From Phoronis australis (taxonomy: Eukaryota; Animalia; Phoronida): 64,000 nt of DNA. Positions 25,301 to 37,469 of the stretch are shown here, piece after piece (position 1 is the first letter of the stretch; each line of letters begins with the position of its first letter). Made by a program: the position numbers and the translations under genes. The notes under the pieces were generated by a model, which saw nothing but the letters and a program-made list of their open reading frames with translations, did not search any database and was not told where the DNA came from. Location: NCBI GenBank assembly GCA_002633005.1, contig NMRA01000016.1, positions 1,047,874 through 1,111,873 on the forward strand, written 5' to 3'.

Positions 25301-27030
25301 TCTTGAATACATTTTTCAATATCTGGATTTTCAGCTTCAATAACATTACCCTGTCCATCGCGGACTATGGTTTCATCGTCTTTTTCCTCTCTTTCACTCA
25401 TCACACCTTTGTAATCAAATGGAACACGTCCGTATTTCCTGCACTTTGTTCTAGGAAAGGTGAGTCCAAGTTTCTTAATCACTGCAGGAGGTAGGCGGCA
25501 TTCTTTTATGGAATTTAAAAATATTCTGGAGGGTGTCCCGACGTTGCCTTTGGGCATTATGTCAGGAGGGTGCAACTCGGGTAAACTGTGTAGATCTTCC
25601 TTAGTGAAAACCTCTCTACTGCGGAGTGCATTCTTCTGTTCCAGTCTGGTTTTGTATGGGTTGATGGACACACCACCTGCAATGTAATTAGATAGCACGG
25701 TTTGTTTAAGAGGAAGCTAGTTGCTGTGCAGAAGGAAATAAATTATAAAATCCAATAACTAATTTGTTATGTAAAAACCACTAAACGTCCTTCAAAGATC
25801 CTTCCAGAAATTTCTGTGAGATTGTCTCCCTTGCCGTAGTACAGCAAACTAGGTCTTACTATCTTCACTGTCACACCCCATCTGACAATTTCTAAATCTG
25901 TTAATATTGCTCTTGCATTATGATTGGCTAACAAAAATAACAATATTTTATTGAATCGTGTCATTTACTGACATTTTGCTCATCAACTATCATGAGTTTG
26001 TGTACCCTTGTTATAACCAGGGTCACAAAACAAACAATCATAAACAACTTTTTCAGTAAAATATTTGCTACTTCTAGTATGACCCTACAATTAAAGTACA
26101 AGCTATTCTCACACACTTGGTATAACCAATTTTTGTTCTGACACTGTGTTAAATGTTTTAAATATGACAAACACTATGACAATTCTTCACTTATTTAACT
26201 CACATTACGAATGACAAATGAAATTCTATTTTGTCAAATTTCATCACAAAAATAAAGATGAAGAAAACTTTAAGTCTACTACTACTACCAGCATAGTTTG
26301 TACTCTGAAGATGTCATAAAACAACATTTGGAAAAGTTTCCACTATTTGCATCGGCCTGTGAAATACTTTGATGTTAAAGAAAATTTCCAACTCCTGAAA
26401 CAACTTATTAATGTATATCACTGTCTACTTCTACTAGAAGACAGTGAGATACATTAAGAAGTTCTAGATTTACTGAGGCAAGGTAAGGTCTTCAACATAA
26501 ATTAACTGTGAATGGGTGACCATGCTCACTACATAATGCTGAAGACATTGCTAAACAGTCGTCAACTCAACTTCATGAATAATCTTAGGCCTACCAGTCT
26601 TACCACGCTCTATAGAAGCAGGAACAGGTTCATCTATTTTTATTTTCGCAATATTACACATAGTTCTCATGCTGTTTCCTTGTCTATCCAGCCAATGTTT
26701 TTTATGGTAAAATTTAACGAAATCGTTCCTCTCATTGGAGCCTAATTTGACCACGCAGCAGGTGGTTTTCTTTTTATGCCCTGACTTGCTGCCTGGCGTT
26801 GCTGTAGGCAGTTCGTTTCTATCACAATGCCGCTCGTTCGTTTCATTCGGCTTTTCAGAAGAGACAACGTTTTCGCTCGTTTGACGTTCCGGGTATTCTG
26901 GACGGTGACGAAAGTGAAAACATTCGAATCCGTCAGATTCTATGAAATGTGAGAAGTAGTTCCTGAGATCTTTGGAATGATACGATGATGGAATATTGCC
27001 GATCAGTGCATAAACGTCGTCACAACTCAT
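22320..27030 (-). CDS. GPATCH3: G-patch domain-containing protein 3
   Basis: Exons 27030-26604 (DLRNYFSHF..CFHFRHRPE), 25676-25210 (LPELHPPDIMPKGNVGTP), 24989-24932 (GSGLVFYTDAQFW, 5'-truncated by n), 24441-24245 (DFDEQTADDWDVDMSVYY), 23411-23281 (G-patch GIGRRIMEQKGWKDGQGLG), 22509-22320 (YRGEKL..ISTIYD, stop). Confidence 0.94.
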
Positions 27031-28242
27031 CTCAAATCAACTGTTTGCTATAATATGATCTCCTTTATAAAAGAGCAACCAACTGCAACTGGTTCCCTAC
27101 CTGCCGCTAGGTGGGGCGGTAGCCGCGCCAGCACGCGTGTTGGCTAAGCACCAGGGAACCAGCGAGTATGGTGGTGCGTAGTCTTGATAGATAGCTTAAT
27201 ACGGAATCAATGCACTGCTACGCTGACGACTGCATTGTCGCCAAATATTCCAGCGCGCGTGACCATACATCATAGAAAATTTATTCAAAGTGTTGTTGTG
27301 AACTTGTAGTGGCGTTGGCTTGACGGATATTTTATTTAAATTCGGAAAATATTCCGTTATAGAGATGACGACACCTAGAGTTACCAGGCGGAATCTAAAC
27401 ATTCTTCACCATACATNTTTTTTTTTTTTTTTTTTGTTTTTAGCGTCCCTCTCTTTGCCAATCCGCTTGAAGGAAGATTAGTAGCATTTTTTTCTTTTCT
27501 TTACTTTTCTTGTACCTCAAATTCTACCAACACCCTTGAATGATATACTTGTATTATGTTGTATGTTATCAGTTGAGAAGAATAGGCCTGACCTTCGTTT
27601 TGTGACGTGTTCGTTAATTGTGGTGCTTTGAGGTATCTTTATGAAATGTTGTACAGATGTGTTCTTGTCCTTAATCCACACTACAGGCACTATATTGGGT
27701 CGTCTGGTGAAATTTCAGGCACCAGTGCCGTTTAACAATCGCAGGGTGCACCTTTAGTTCTTTGAACATTATTAAAGTGTAGGGAACTCATCGAACATCA
27801 CGGTGGGGTTCTGAGTAGGACTTAAATTCTTCATGAACAAGTTTCACACGTTTTGTTAGATCGTCATTTGTTCGGGAGTTTTTTTGCTCAGCCATGGATT
27901 TGCTACGATCAAGATGGCGTACTTTCTGAATCCACGTGGTGGTGCTGCGACCACGTCACACACGTCGTCCAGCCAGTCAAAACTCGTGGACATAGATTAG
28001 ATCTATGGGTAATTCTGGCTGCTTTGACTCCATCAAAAATTACTGAATGCCTGTGCACCAACATTCCAATTCATTTCTTTCAAGTGAGTACAAATGTTAA
28101 AATTGCGAATTAGAAAATGTGCACCCCCCCTACCACTTAGCTGTGCACGCAGAGTATTTTTGCGTTTTTATTATTTTCGTGCACCTAGTCATGCTTATAG
28201 ATATGAATACTTAATATCATAAAACTTAATTATAATTTGCAG

Positions 28243-31200
28243 GCACTGTTAAGCCAACTGGAAGTGGAGAAGGTGGAGGTACGTTAATATTGTTCTCCAA
28301 TTTAAAATTAACTTAACGATAGCTTGACAACTCGCCGCTTTCTCGACTAGCTTTAACAACATCATTTTCACATCAGTGCAATTCCAGTTGTTGCTCCAAA
28401 CTGCAAATCTCCTTGTACGAACTCAGTTTTTCCTAATGAACAGGCACTCTCCTATGATCACATCTACTGATAACATCAGGAATTAGTTGGAAGGCATTGC
28501 TTTAGGCCTGTTCAAACTGTTTGAACATTTTTGAAAACATTTTTTCTAATGTTTTGGAAATGGTGCAGGGAAGGGGGAACACAGTATAGAACTGTGCATT
28601 GAAGCCCCACGCACAGAAGGTCTCTTATTGCGAAAGGTCATTGCCTCCCCTGTGTGCAAACTGTCTTTTCATTGATTTTACTTGGATGCATTTATAATCC
28701 AAAGCGTGTGTACTCCGAAAGTGCAGTATTTATAAAACCAAGACAAAATATAACATTTCAGTTACATTATAATAATATGTTTGCTGGAGGTTGACTTTTA
28801 TTTTCAAATTGTGAAAGCATTGTTCATTTTCGTATTTGGCTGTTTTTTAATTTGAATTTTCTTCGTCACACGGCTGCAAGGCCGCAATCCACTTTTCTCA
28901 CGTGTTTATTCAACTTTCTCTCATCGAGCTTGCAGCTCCCACCACGGCAGTAATACCTCATTGTTTATTGCTTCTTACTCTGTGTTTCTCTCAACACTAC
29001 CTGTGTTGTCCACGGTAGGCGGATTACACTTCACGCCTCCATTTACATTTGCCGGCTACAATTTCCTATGCGGGCTATCAAAGTAGGGAAACTTATCGAA
29101 CATCACTACATACTCAGGTGTCCTGTGTAGGACTTCTTTATGAACATGTGTCTCGGGTTTTGATAGATCGCCGTCATTTGTTCCCCATTAATCCTGTTCA
29201 GCCAATGAAGTTGTTGCAATGGGTACTTTTTGAAACTAATCCTCATGGTGGCGCAATGACTATGCGAGACAAGTCAAGAGTTCCACTCCTGGCCGCTCTA
29301 ATATCTGATGAACAAGTTTTTTGCTAAACAAAAGATTTGCTGGATGCCTTATAGGCACTAAATTTTCAGTTTATTTCTCTTAACTTAGTATCAGTTATAA
29401 AAAGCAGACATCCAAGTCATGTTATTTTTGTGACATAGCTGTAAACACAAAATAAAATAACGCTATTTGGGTGTGCATTTGTTTTAAGTCTCAAATTTGA
29501 CTGATAGGTACCGAAATTTTTCGTAGATTACCCCATCCGATGACACGCCCATGGGGTTTCATTCAAAATTATGCCAAATACAAGACCATTGGCGTTAACT
29601 TGGTGTTGCAACTTCTGGGCCCGGTCTCTAATCTTTGTACTCGAACGAACTCAAAACTATTTTTGGCAATTTCTCTGCTCCTTTTGTGCGGACTTAAGAT
29701 AATTGGTCATCAGACTGTGCTCGAATACATTATAGTTTATGCATAGGAGTTTCTAGTTCAAGCTTGCCCTTGAAGACCCTTATGTTCGTGCTAAAAACTC
29801 GAGTAAAAACTCGAAATTTCGAGTTCAAACTCGAACTTATTGCTTTAATATTGGGTTTACAAACTGTGAACTAAGGGCAATAAATTATCTACGTAAGTTA
29901 TTGTGTACTCGAGCATAAAATAATAAACACTTATCTTGAGTTCGCCCAAAAATAGAGTTGTAGAAAATGCCAAACCTAATTTCGAGTTCCATTTCGAGTA
30001 AAAAGATTGGAGACCGGGCCCTGGTGTCAAGTGTCTAGATAATGTGGCATTTATTCGGAAAATTATCCTCTTAAATGTCCAATCAGCGTCAACTTTTAGT
30101 CACAAGTTCAGTTTTGTGGAGCATTTATCACTTATAAAAACAAATCCAGAAGGACTGGTTTCTCTTACAAAATACACATCACACTTCAGGATGTCATTTG
30201 CGTAGCCAAAACTGACTTTCCGCTTACACTTCCCTTTTTCGGAATTAACGCCCGGGCGTTTATTTGCTGTTACTTAACAATGCCTGATTTTTTTCATTTT
30301 CCGTATTCATGCCCATGGGCTTATCCACGAAAAATCACTGTTAGGATACTTATTGTAAAACTAAATTATGATTTACAGATACCGTTAAGCCAACTGGAAA
30401 TGGAGAAGGTGGAGGTATGAAATATTTTTATCTAACTCAATATTAACTTTCTTCACTGAAATCGAGCAGAACTGAATAGTAGGCAGATTATATGCTGCTT
30501 TCATGGGAAGAATATTGGTTTTCGGGCAACTGAGAAGTAAGAAATGCTAGGAAAACACAAAGGACGCTAAAGTGTAGGATGAAAACGATGTTCGGATATA
30601 AGTCAATAATCATCCTCAGGTTAAATGAGACAGAAAACAAAATATATTAACTGAATGCTAACTTCACATCACATGCAAAACAAAAGATCTGTAACTAAAA
30701 ACTGTACCACAACCCTTGCCTGAATACTTCAACATTCGTATTCAATGACCTCTTAGTTTTGAGGGCTTGGATGTGAGTAGCCTCACAGGTTAAAAGTTTG
30801 ACAGTTTTATTGTCACCGAGAAGAAGCTTGACCTCACTTAACCCTTTAGTGTGGTCCGGAGAACTGCAACGATTGTTGTGAGTTTAACGTTGGTGTGACC
30901 ACTCGAATTTTGCATCATTGACTAGCTGAACTCGAGAATTATGTCAACAGTTCCCTGTGTACTCATTTTATCAACACTAGACACACTATTTAGATGTCTT
31001 AGGTTTTGTGCTTCATTCTTCTTTACTCACTGTAACTTTTTGCCACTTGGTTTTCCATTTGTGTGGAGACTCAACTTTTATGTATACGAATATATCTTGT
31101 AAAACTAAATCGTGCTTTACAGATACTATTAAGCCCACTGAAAATGGAGGTAGTGGAGGTATGTCAACATTTTTTATTATTTAATTCTATACACTGAAGA

Positions 31201-34200
31201 CTTGACTTAATTGTAGGCAGACCATATGCCACTTACACGAGAATAACGTTATTTTTTGCCTAATTAGGAGTAAGAAATAGAAAACAAAAAGGACATTTGA
31301 GGGCAGCATGGAAACAATGTTTGGATATTAATCAAAAATCATCTTGAGTTAAAAGAGTAGACAGTAAACATAATACCATTACAGAATGTTCACATCACAA
31401 TACATGGCACAAGATCTGTCAACTGAAAACTCTGCGACATACTCCAGCCTGCATGCATACAGTGTAAACATTCCTATTAAGTGACACCTCCGCATTGAGG
31501 GACTGAATGAGAATAGTCTCACTGATTAAATTTGAGAGTGATTGTCGTGGTCAAGAATTAACCTTGAGCCCAGGAAACGCTTTAGTGTGGTCAGGTGAAT
31601 TATAACGATTGGCGTGAATTTTACCTTGGCATGACCACTCGAATTTTGTGTCATAGACTGGCTGAACACAAGAAAGATGTCAACAGTACCCTGTGTACTC
31701 ATTCTATCGACACTGGGCACACCAGATTAAGTTTTCGTGTTTCATTTTCATTCATTCACGGTAACTTTTCGCCACTTGGGTTTCCATCTGTGAGGACACT
31801 GCAATTTCACTTATCTATAAGAATACTTACTGTAAATCTAAATTCTGGTTTGCAGATACCACTAAACCAACTGGAAATGAAGAAGGTGGAGGTATGAAAT
31901 ATTTTTCTCTGATTCAAAGTCGTTCTATAAAAGCAGAGCTCAATGGTCAGGGTTTCCATTTGTGTGGAGCTCCACTTTCATGTGTAGATAAGAATACTTC
32001 CTGTAAAACTAAATTCTGGTTTGCAGATACCGCTAAACCAACTGGACATGGAGAAGGTGGAGGTATGTTGATAATTTTTCTGTAAAACAAAAAGTTAAAT
32101 TTGTTGGCTGATTACTTAGAGCTTAATAGTAAGTCAGACCATGTGCTGCTTTCACGAGAACCATCAATAACATCGTTTTTTATCAACACAATTCGAGTTG
32201 TTCAAACTGCAAATCTTTTACCGAATCAATGTTTCTTGAACACCTGTCGTGTGATCACTTGCATGGATAACAGCAGACATGCGTGTGACGTGTGCCTCAT
32301 TGCTTTAGGTCTGTTCACCTTTTGCGAAATTTTGTAGCTTTTTTCCAAATGTTGCTAAATTTGTTTCATGGCTTAGGAAATCTGATTTCTATCGTGCACT
32401 AACCCTGAAGGGGTTATGATCTGAAGGGCATTTTCTGTGAAAGTCCGTTAACCACTGAAGTTATATCGGTGTCAAGTGACCATTTACTTTGATGCATTTA
32501 GTTCAGAGCGTGTCTTCCGAATCTGTTGTACTTGTAGATTGTAAGACACATAATATGCTGTATTGATTAAATTACAGGAAGATGTTTAAATTGATTTTTA
32601 TTTTCAAATGTTTAAAGCATTAGATATTCTTACTTCTCTGTTCTATACTTTAACTTCTTTTTCTTACATAATTGGTGTACGCCACGCAAATACANCACTT
32701 ACACGAGAATAACGTTATTTTTTGCCTAATTAGGAGTAAGAAATAGAAAACAAAAAGGACATTTGAGGGCAGCATGGAAACAATGTTTGGATATTAATCA
32801 AAAATCATCTTGAGTTAAAAGAGTAGACAGTAAACATAATACCATTACAGAATGTTCACATCACAATACATGGCACAAGATCTGTCAACTGAAAACTCTG
32901 CCACAACTCCAGCCTGCATGCATACAGTGTAAACATTCCTATTAAGTGACACCTCCGCATTGAGGGACTGAATGAGAATAGTCTCACTGATTAAATTTGA
33001 GAGTGATTGTCGTGGTCAAGAATTAACCTTGAGCCCAGGGAACGCTTTAGTGTGGTCAGATGAATTATAACGATTGGCGTGAGTTTTACCTTGGCATGAC
33101 CACTCGAATTTTGTGTCGTAGACTGGCTGAACACAAGAAAGATGTCAAGAGTACCCTGTGTACTCATTCTATCGACACTGGGCACACCAGATTAAGTTTT
33201 CGTGTTTCATTTTCATTCATTCACGGTAACTTTTCGCCACTTGGGTTTCCATCTGTGAGGACACTGCAATTTCACTTATCGATAAGAATACTTACTGTAA
33301 AACTAAATTCTGGTTTGCAGTTACCACTAAACCAACTCGAAATGGAGAAGGTGGAGGTATGAAATATTTTTCTCTGATTCAAAGTCGTTCTATAAAAGCA
33401 GAGCTCAATGGTAGGGTTTCCATTTGTGTGGAGCTCCACTTTCACGTGTAGATAAGAATACTTTCTGTAAAACTAAATTATGGTTTGCAGATACCATTAA
33501 ACCAACTGGACATGGAGAAGGTGGAGGTATGTTGATAATTTTTCTGTAAAACAAAAAGTTAAATTTGTTGGCTGATTACATTGAGCTTAATAGTAAGTCA
33601 GACCATGTGCTGCTTTCACGAGAACCATTTATAACATCGTTTTCTTATCAACACAATTCGAGTTGTTCAAACTGCAAATCTTTTACCGAATCAATGTTTC
33701 TTGAACACCTGTCGTGTGATCACTTGCATGGATAACAGCAGACATGCGTGTGACGTGTGCCTCATTGCTTTAGGTCTGTTCACCTTTTGCGACATTTTGT
33801 AGCTTTTTTCCAAATGTTGCTAAATTTGTTTCATGGCTTAGGAAATCTGATTTCTATCGTGCACTAACCCTGAAGGGGTTATGATCTGAAGGGCATTTTC
33901 TGTGAAAGTCCGTTAACCACTGAAGTTATATCGGTGCCAAGTGACCATTTACTTTGATGCATTTAGTTCAGAGCGTGTCTTCCGAATCTGCTGCACTTGT
34001 AGATTATAAGACACATAATATGCTGTATTGATTAAATTACAGGAAGATGTTTAAATTGATTTTTATTTTCAAATTTTGAAAGCATTAGATATTCTTACTT
34101 CTCTGTTCTATACTTTAACTTCGTGTTCTTACATAATTGGTGTACGCCACGCAGATACACTACTACTTGAAACTTTAAAAAGTTTCTTAACTCGCAGTTA

Positions 34201-37200
34201 TGAGCTTAACAACACTCCCCCCCCCCCGTCCCCCTGATCAGTGATACATGTAGGTGGCAGTTTTGCATGCTTTGGTCGTATTATTTGTATCTAACATGAC
34301 CTTACCAAATTTTATTTAAAACTTTTGGCTGGATAACTATTCCTTTTGAAAAGGGAAAAACTTCACCACAGGATTCCAGTTTGCTGTTTTACCACCTTTA
34401 ATTGTATTTCTTGGTCAGGCTCCTCATGTATTTTATGAAATAAGAAAAGGCAGCGTAACATTTCATAGAATTATGATAATGTTTCTATGAAATTTTTAAT
34501 ATTGCCGTAAAAATGCTTCACTCGTGACAGGATGCTGCAACAAGGCGCGTGTAATTTCTGCGTCAGATGCGCTAAGGCACGTCATGAAAATAACTGAGTC
34601 ATTAATGCTTAGATATTGTGCCTACGCATAAGCCTCGGTTTGCAAAACAAATTTGAATAACAGTCTTTACCGTAAGAGATTATTGACTGTGGTTGTCATT
34701 ATTGGTGACCTGTTGAAGATGATAACTAACTTAGAAAAATTGTTTTCACGCATTTGGTCTTGCGGAAATGAGGCCTTCCACAGATGTGACAAAGTTGAAG
34801 GTTATCGTTGGCCACGCAAATTATGCGTAAATTAATTCTTATGAATGGGTAAATTAACTTTTAACAGGTGATCGTACATTAATTCTTTACTACATAAATT
34901 ATTTACTGCACATATTTTTTATTTGCGGTGCAAGTTAACTTTTAATGGTGAAAATTAATTGCTAACGGCATAATTTACTTTTAACTACATAAAGCAATTC
35001 TTTACGGTATAAGTTAATTACTTGCGCTGCAAATTAACTTTTAATGGAATCAACTGAACTTTATCTACGTGCGTAACGTTCACTCATTTGGCCAACAATA
35101 AATTTGAGATGCAAATAAGTAATTTGTACCATAGAAAGATATTTATTCTAAGGCCCAAATAATTGATTTACACAATTAAAGGTTAATTTATGCACCAAAT
35201 AATTAATTTACACCCTCAATTAACAATTAATTTATGCTATTAATAGTTATTTTACGCCGTCAAACAGAATTACATATAATTTATGCTTGTATTTTTGCAT
35301 AACGTTTACTGAATTCTTCATAAGAGCACAGCCCCAGAAATAGCTTTGGCATTATATCCAGGTTCTCATTCATTCCCTTCCATACATTCACTGTCTAGTA
35401 ATTCCGAGCTCAGAGGTGTAGGAGCCACCTTGAAGCCAGGATTCGAACCCGGGTCTCCCAAACAGGAATCTGCAGCTCAAACCACTGAGTCACACTGTTT
35501 ACTGATTTATGTGTAGGTAGAAGAGCGTCTAGATCAAAATCGTAAACAGGGAGGGCACTGGATCGGCTGGAAACGTGGGCCAATCAAATGAAGCAATGAA
35601 TATATCGACAATTATCATTGGCTGACTTATGTCAGACATAAATGCGATCCATGTTAGATATAAATAGAATAGTGGTGGATGAAATGAATGTTATTTATGT
35701 ATGATATGACTAAAACTATAGTTGACATTAATGATTTTTGTACGATATTATTACACATAATTGTCAGAGGTAATCTGAATGATATTGCACTGCGCCAGTC
35801 ATCATGGATGTGGTGCTTCCACAGCCCGGGCGTAGTGTGCGTGCTCTGCCCTGTGTCTTGCAATAATGGAACGTATAAATGGACTATGAAATTTCCCTTA
35901 GGGAAGATGTGTGGCGTTTTGTTCACAATTCATGCCATGAAATTATAGGGATATCAAAAGGCTGAAGTCAGAAATGATCAACCTTGGAGTATATACTATA
36001 CACGACCTTTGCATGTTTTGAGACATGTGCCTCTCCCCACTAACATGCCATCATGTCACTTCCAATTTACCCAATCTTAGCACGTTCCTAAAATATATTT
36101 TTGAAATGTTTATCATTGGACAATTTAAGAAAAGTAATTATATGAAATCGTGAAATCTTTAAAATTGCACAGTTCATTCAACTCCATTGATTTCAGATAA
36201 CTCGGAATAAAAATCTGTATGCAAAATAAACTTCTCTGATGTTGTCTAAGTTAAATTAATTTGAATATCTGATTTGTCCAAAATCAAGTTGTGATAGATA
36301 TCGGAACAGCTTTATCACTGAACTGCAATCTACTAAAAGTATTTTACCCTTCAATCATTTCATAACTTCCTCATTATTTTATGATGAAGGCAGCTAGATT
36401 GATATATTTTGTTTAATCTCTTCTCAAACGCTTGCACGAATACAAAGCAATACAGTACAATGCAATGCAATGAAATGCAACACAATACAGTACAGTGCAA
36501 TACAGTACAGTACAATAAAGTACAATACAATACAGTACAATACAATACAATATAATGCAATACAATACAATGCAATGCCAGATAAATGCCTCTTGGCGCT
36601 TCCTGGGTTATGTATATTCATTGTATTCTGAAAGTTTCGTAATAAACATTAATTAATAAAAAATAACAATGCCAATGTCTTTCCAGACGCATTAGAGGCC
36701 ATACAACTGAACAATTAAAGGACGAGTAGCAAACGGTATTTCATCTCATAAGCAGGTCCTGGCAATTACCAGCCAGTCTATCAAGTTTTGGCTTCTTCAT
36801 CACTAACTGTTTAACATTGTTGACATCCCATAGGCAGATATAAGGGTGACCTTTCCCCTTTACGGTATCCTATATCCCCCGATGCTTTCAATATATTAAA
36901 CATTTCTGATCAAAGCTCGAAGTAAGCAGGACATTGTATTAAAATATGAACTTTGTCTTGTACTACCCCACAATGGCTCTGACAACACATTCTATCCCCA
37001 TACATTAAACCTCAGCATCTTAATAGACCAATTAGTGCGTGGACAGTCGGACCTGCACGCTGCCAAACCATTTGGTTCCTTTCATTCTGGTTCATGTTCC
37101 ATATCAAACTTGAAGTGTCTAAACAGATTGTTTTTGGTTTCCAGTCCCTTATTTCTCACTTCCGTCAATTGCTGAACACCGCCTCAGTATTTATCTCAAA

Positions 37201-37469
37201 CAGAGTTGTTTCTTAGAAGCTGACCCAAACCACCCTTTTCTGTAATGTACATCGTATTGAGAAGGCTGGCAAGACTCCTAGCGAGGTCGCTTTCAGAATA
37301 CTGAGTACAGTGTTCAAGTTCCAGCTATTTTAGTCAGTCTTTTAAATCAGCTAAATGCCACTGACCTCTTCTTGCAGCACCGGCTGGATGCGACAATATT
37401 CCAAGCAAAGTCATACTCGGCGCAGCCTTTGTTGTGATGGCGATCATCTCCACCAACATTTACATGTAA
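28243..37469 (+). CDS. Micro-exon gene: putative GPI-anchored Thr/Gly-rich repeat surface protein (5' end not found)
   Basis: Seven AG/GT-flanked 36-nt phase-1 exons: 28243-28278, 30379-30414, 31123-31158, 31856-31891, 32027-32062, 33321-33356, 33491-33526. Candidate exon 36687-36735. Terminal phase-1 exon 37378-37469 encodes APAGCDNIPSKVILGAAFVVMAIISTNIYM*. Confidence 0.72.
29618..30020. mobile_element. PIF/Harbinger-like MITE
   Basis: TIR GGCCCGGTCTCTAATCTTTGTACTCGAA / TTCGAGTAAAAAGATTGGAGACCGGGCC; CTG on both flanks. Confidence 0.85.
30580..31000. mobile_element. Decayed Penelope-like (GIY-YIG) remnant
   Basis: Minus strand encodes VKLLLGDNKTVKLLTCEATHIQALKTKRSLNTNV, resembling a GIY-YIG C-terminus; homologous to 31310-31725. 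Confidence 0.6.
31310..31725. mobile_element. Decayed Penelope-like (GIY-YIG) remnant with internal inversion
   Basis: Plus strand FYLGMTTRILCHRLAEHKKDVNSTLCTHSIDTGH; adjacent minus strand LISETILIQSLNAEVSLNRNV. Confidence 0.7.
32776..33190. mobile_element. Duplicate of the Penelope-like remnant
   Basis: ORF 33060: FYLGMTTRILCRRLAEHKKDVKSTLCTHSIDTGH. Confidence 0.7.
35436..35493 (-). mobile_element. tRNA-like SINE head
   Basis: Minus strand GTGACTCAGTGGTTTGAGC...GGGTTCGAATCCTGGC (A and B boxes); no proper cloverleaf. Confidence 0.55.
36447..36578. repeat. (CAATA/CAGTA/CAATG)n pentanucleotide microsatellite
   Basis: Directly visible. Confidence 0.95.

Larger units (their letters stand above)
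31230..34159. repeat. Near-identical ~1.46-kb direct duplication joined at n32695
   Basis: 31230-32694 vs 32696-34159 differ only by scattered substitutions and small indels. Confidence 0.93.

Noticed and set aside
31595-31897. Standalone GIY-YIG nuclease gene
   Set aside because: Fragmentary Penelope remnant; its tail reads a micro-exon in the wrong frame
36360-36621. Cys/Tyr/Leu-rich ORFs
   Set aside because: Microsatellite translation
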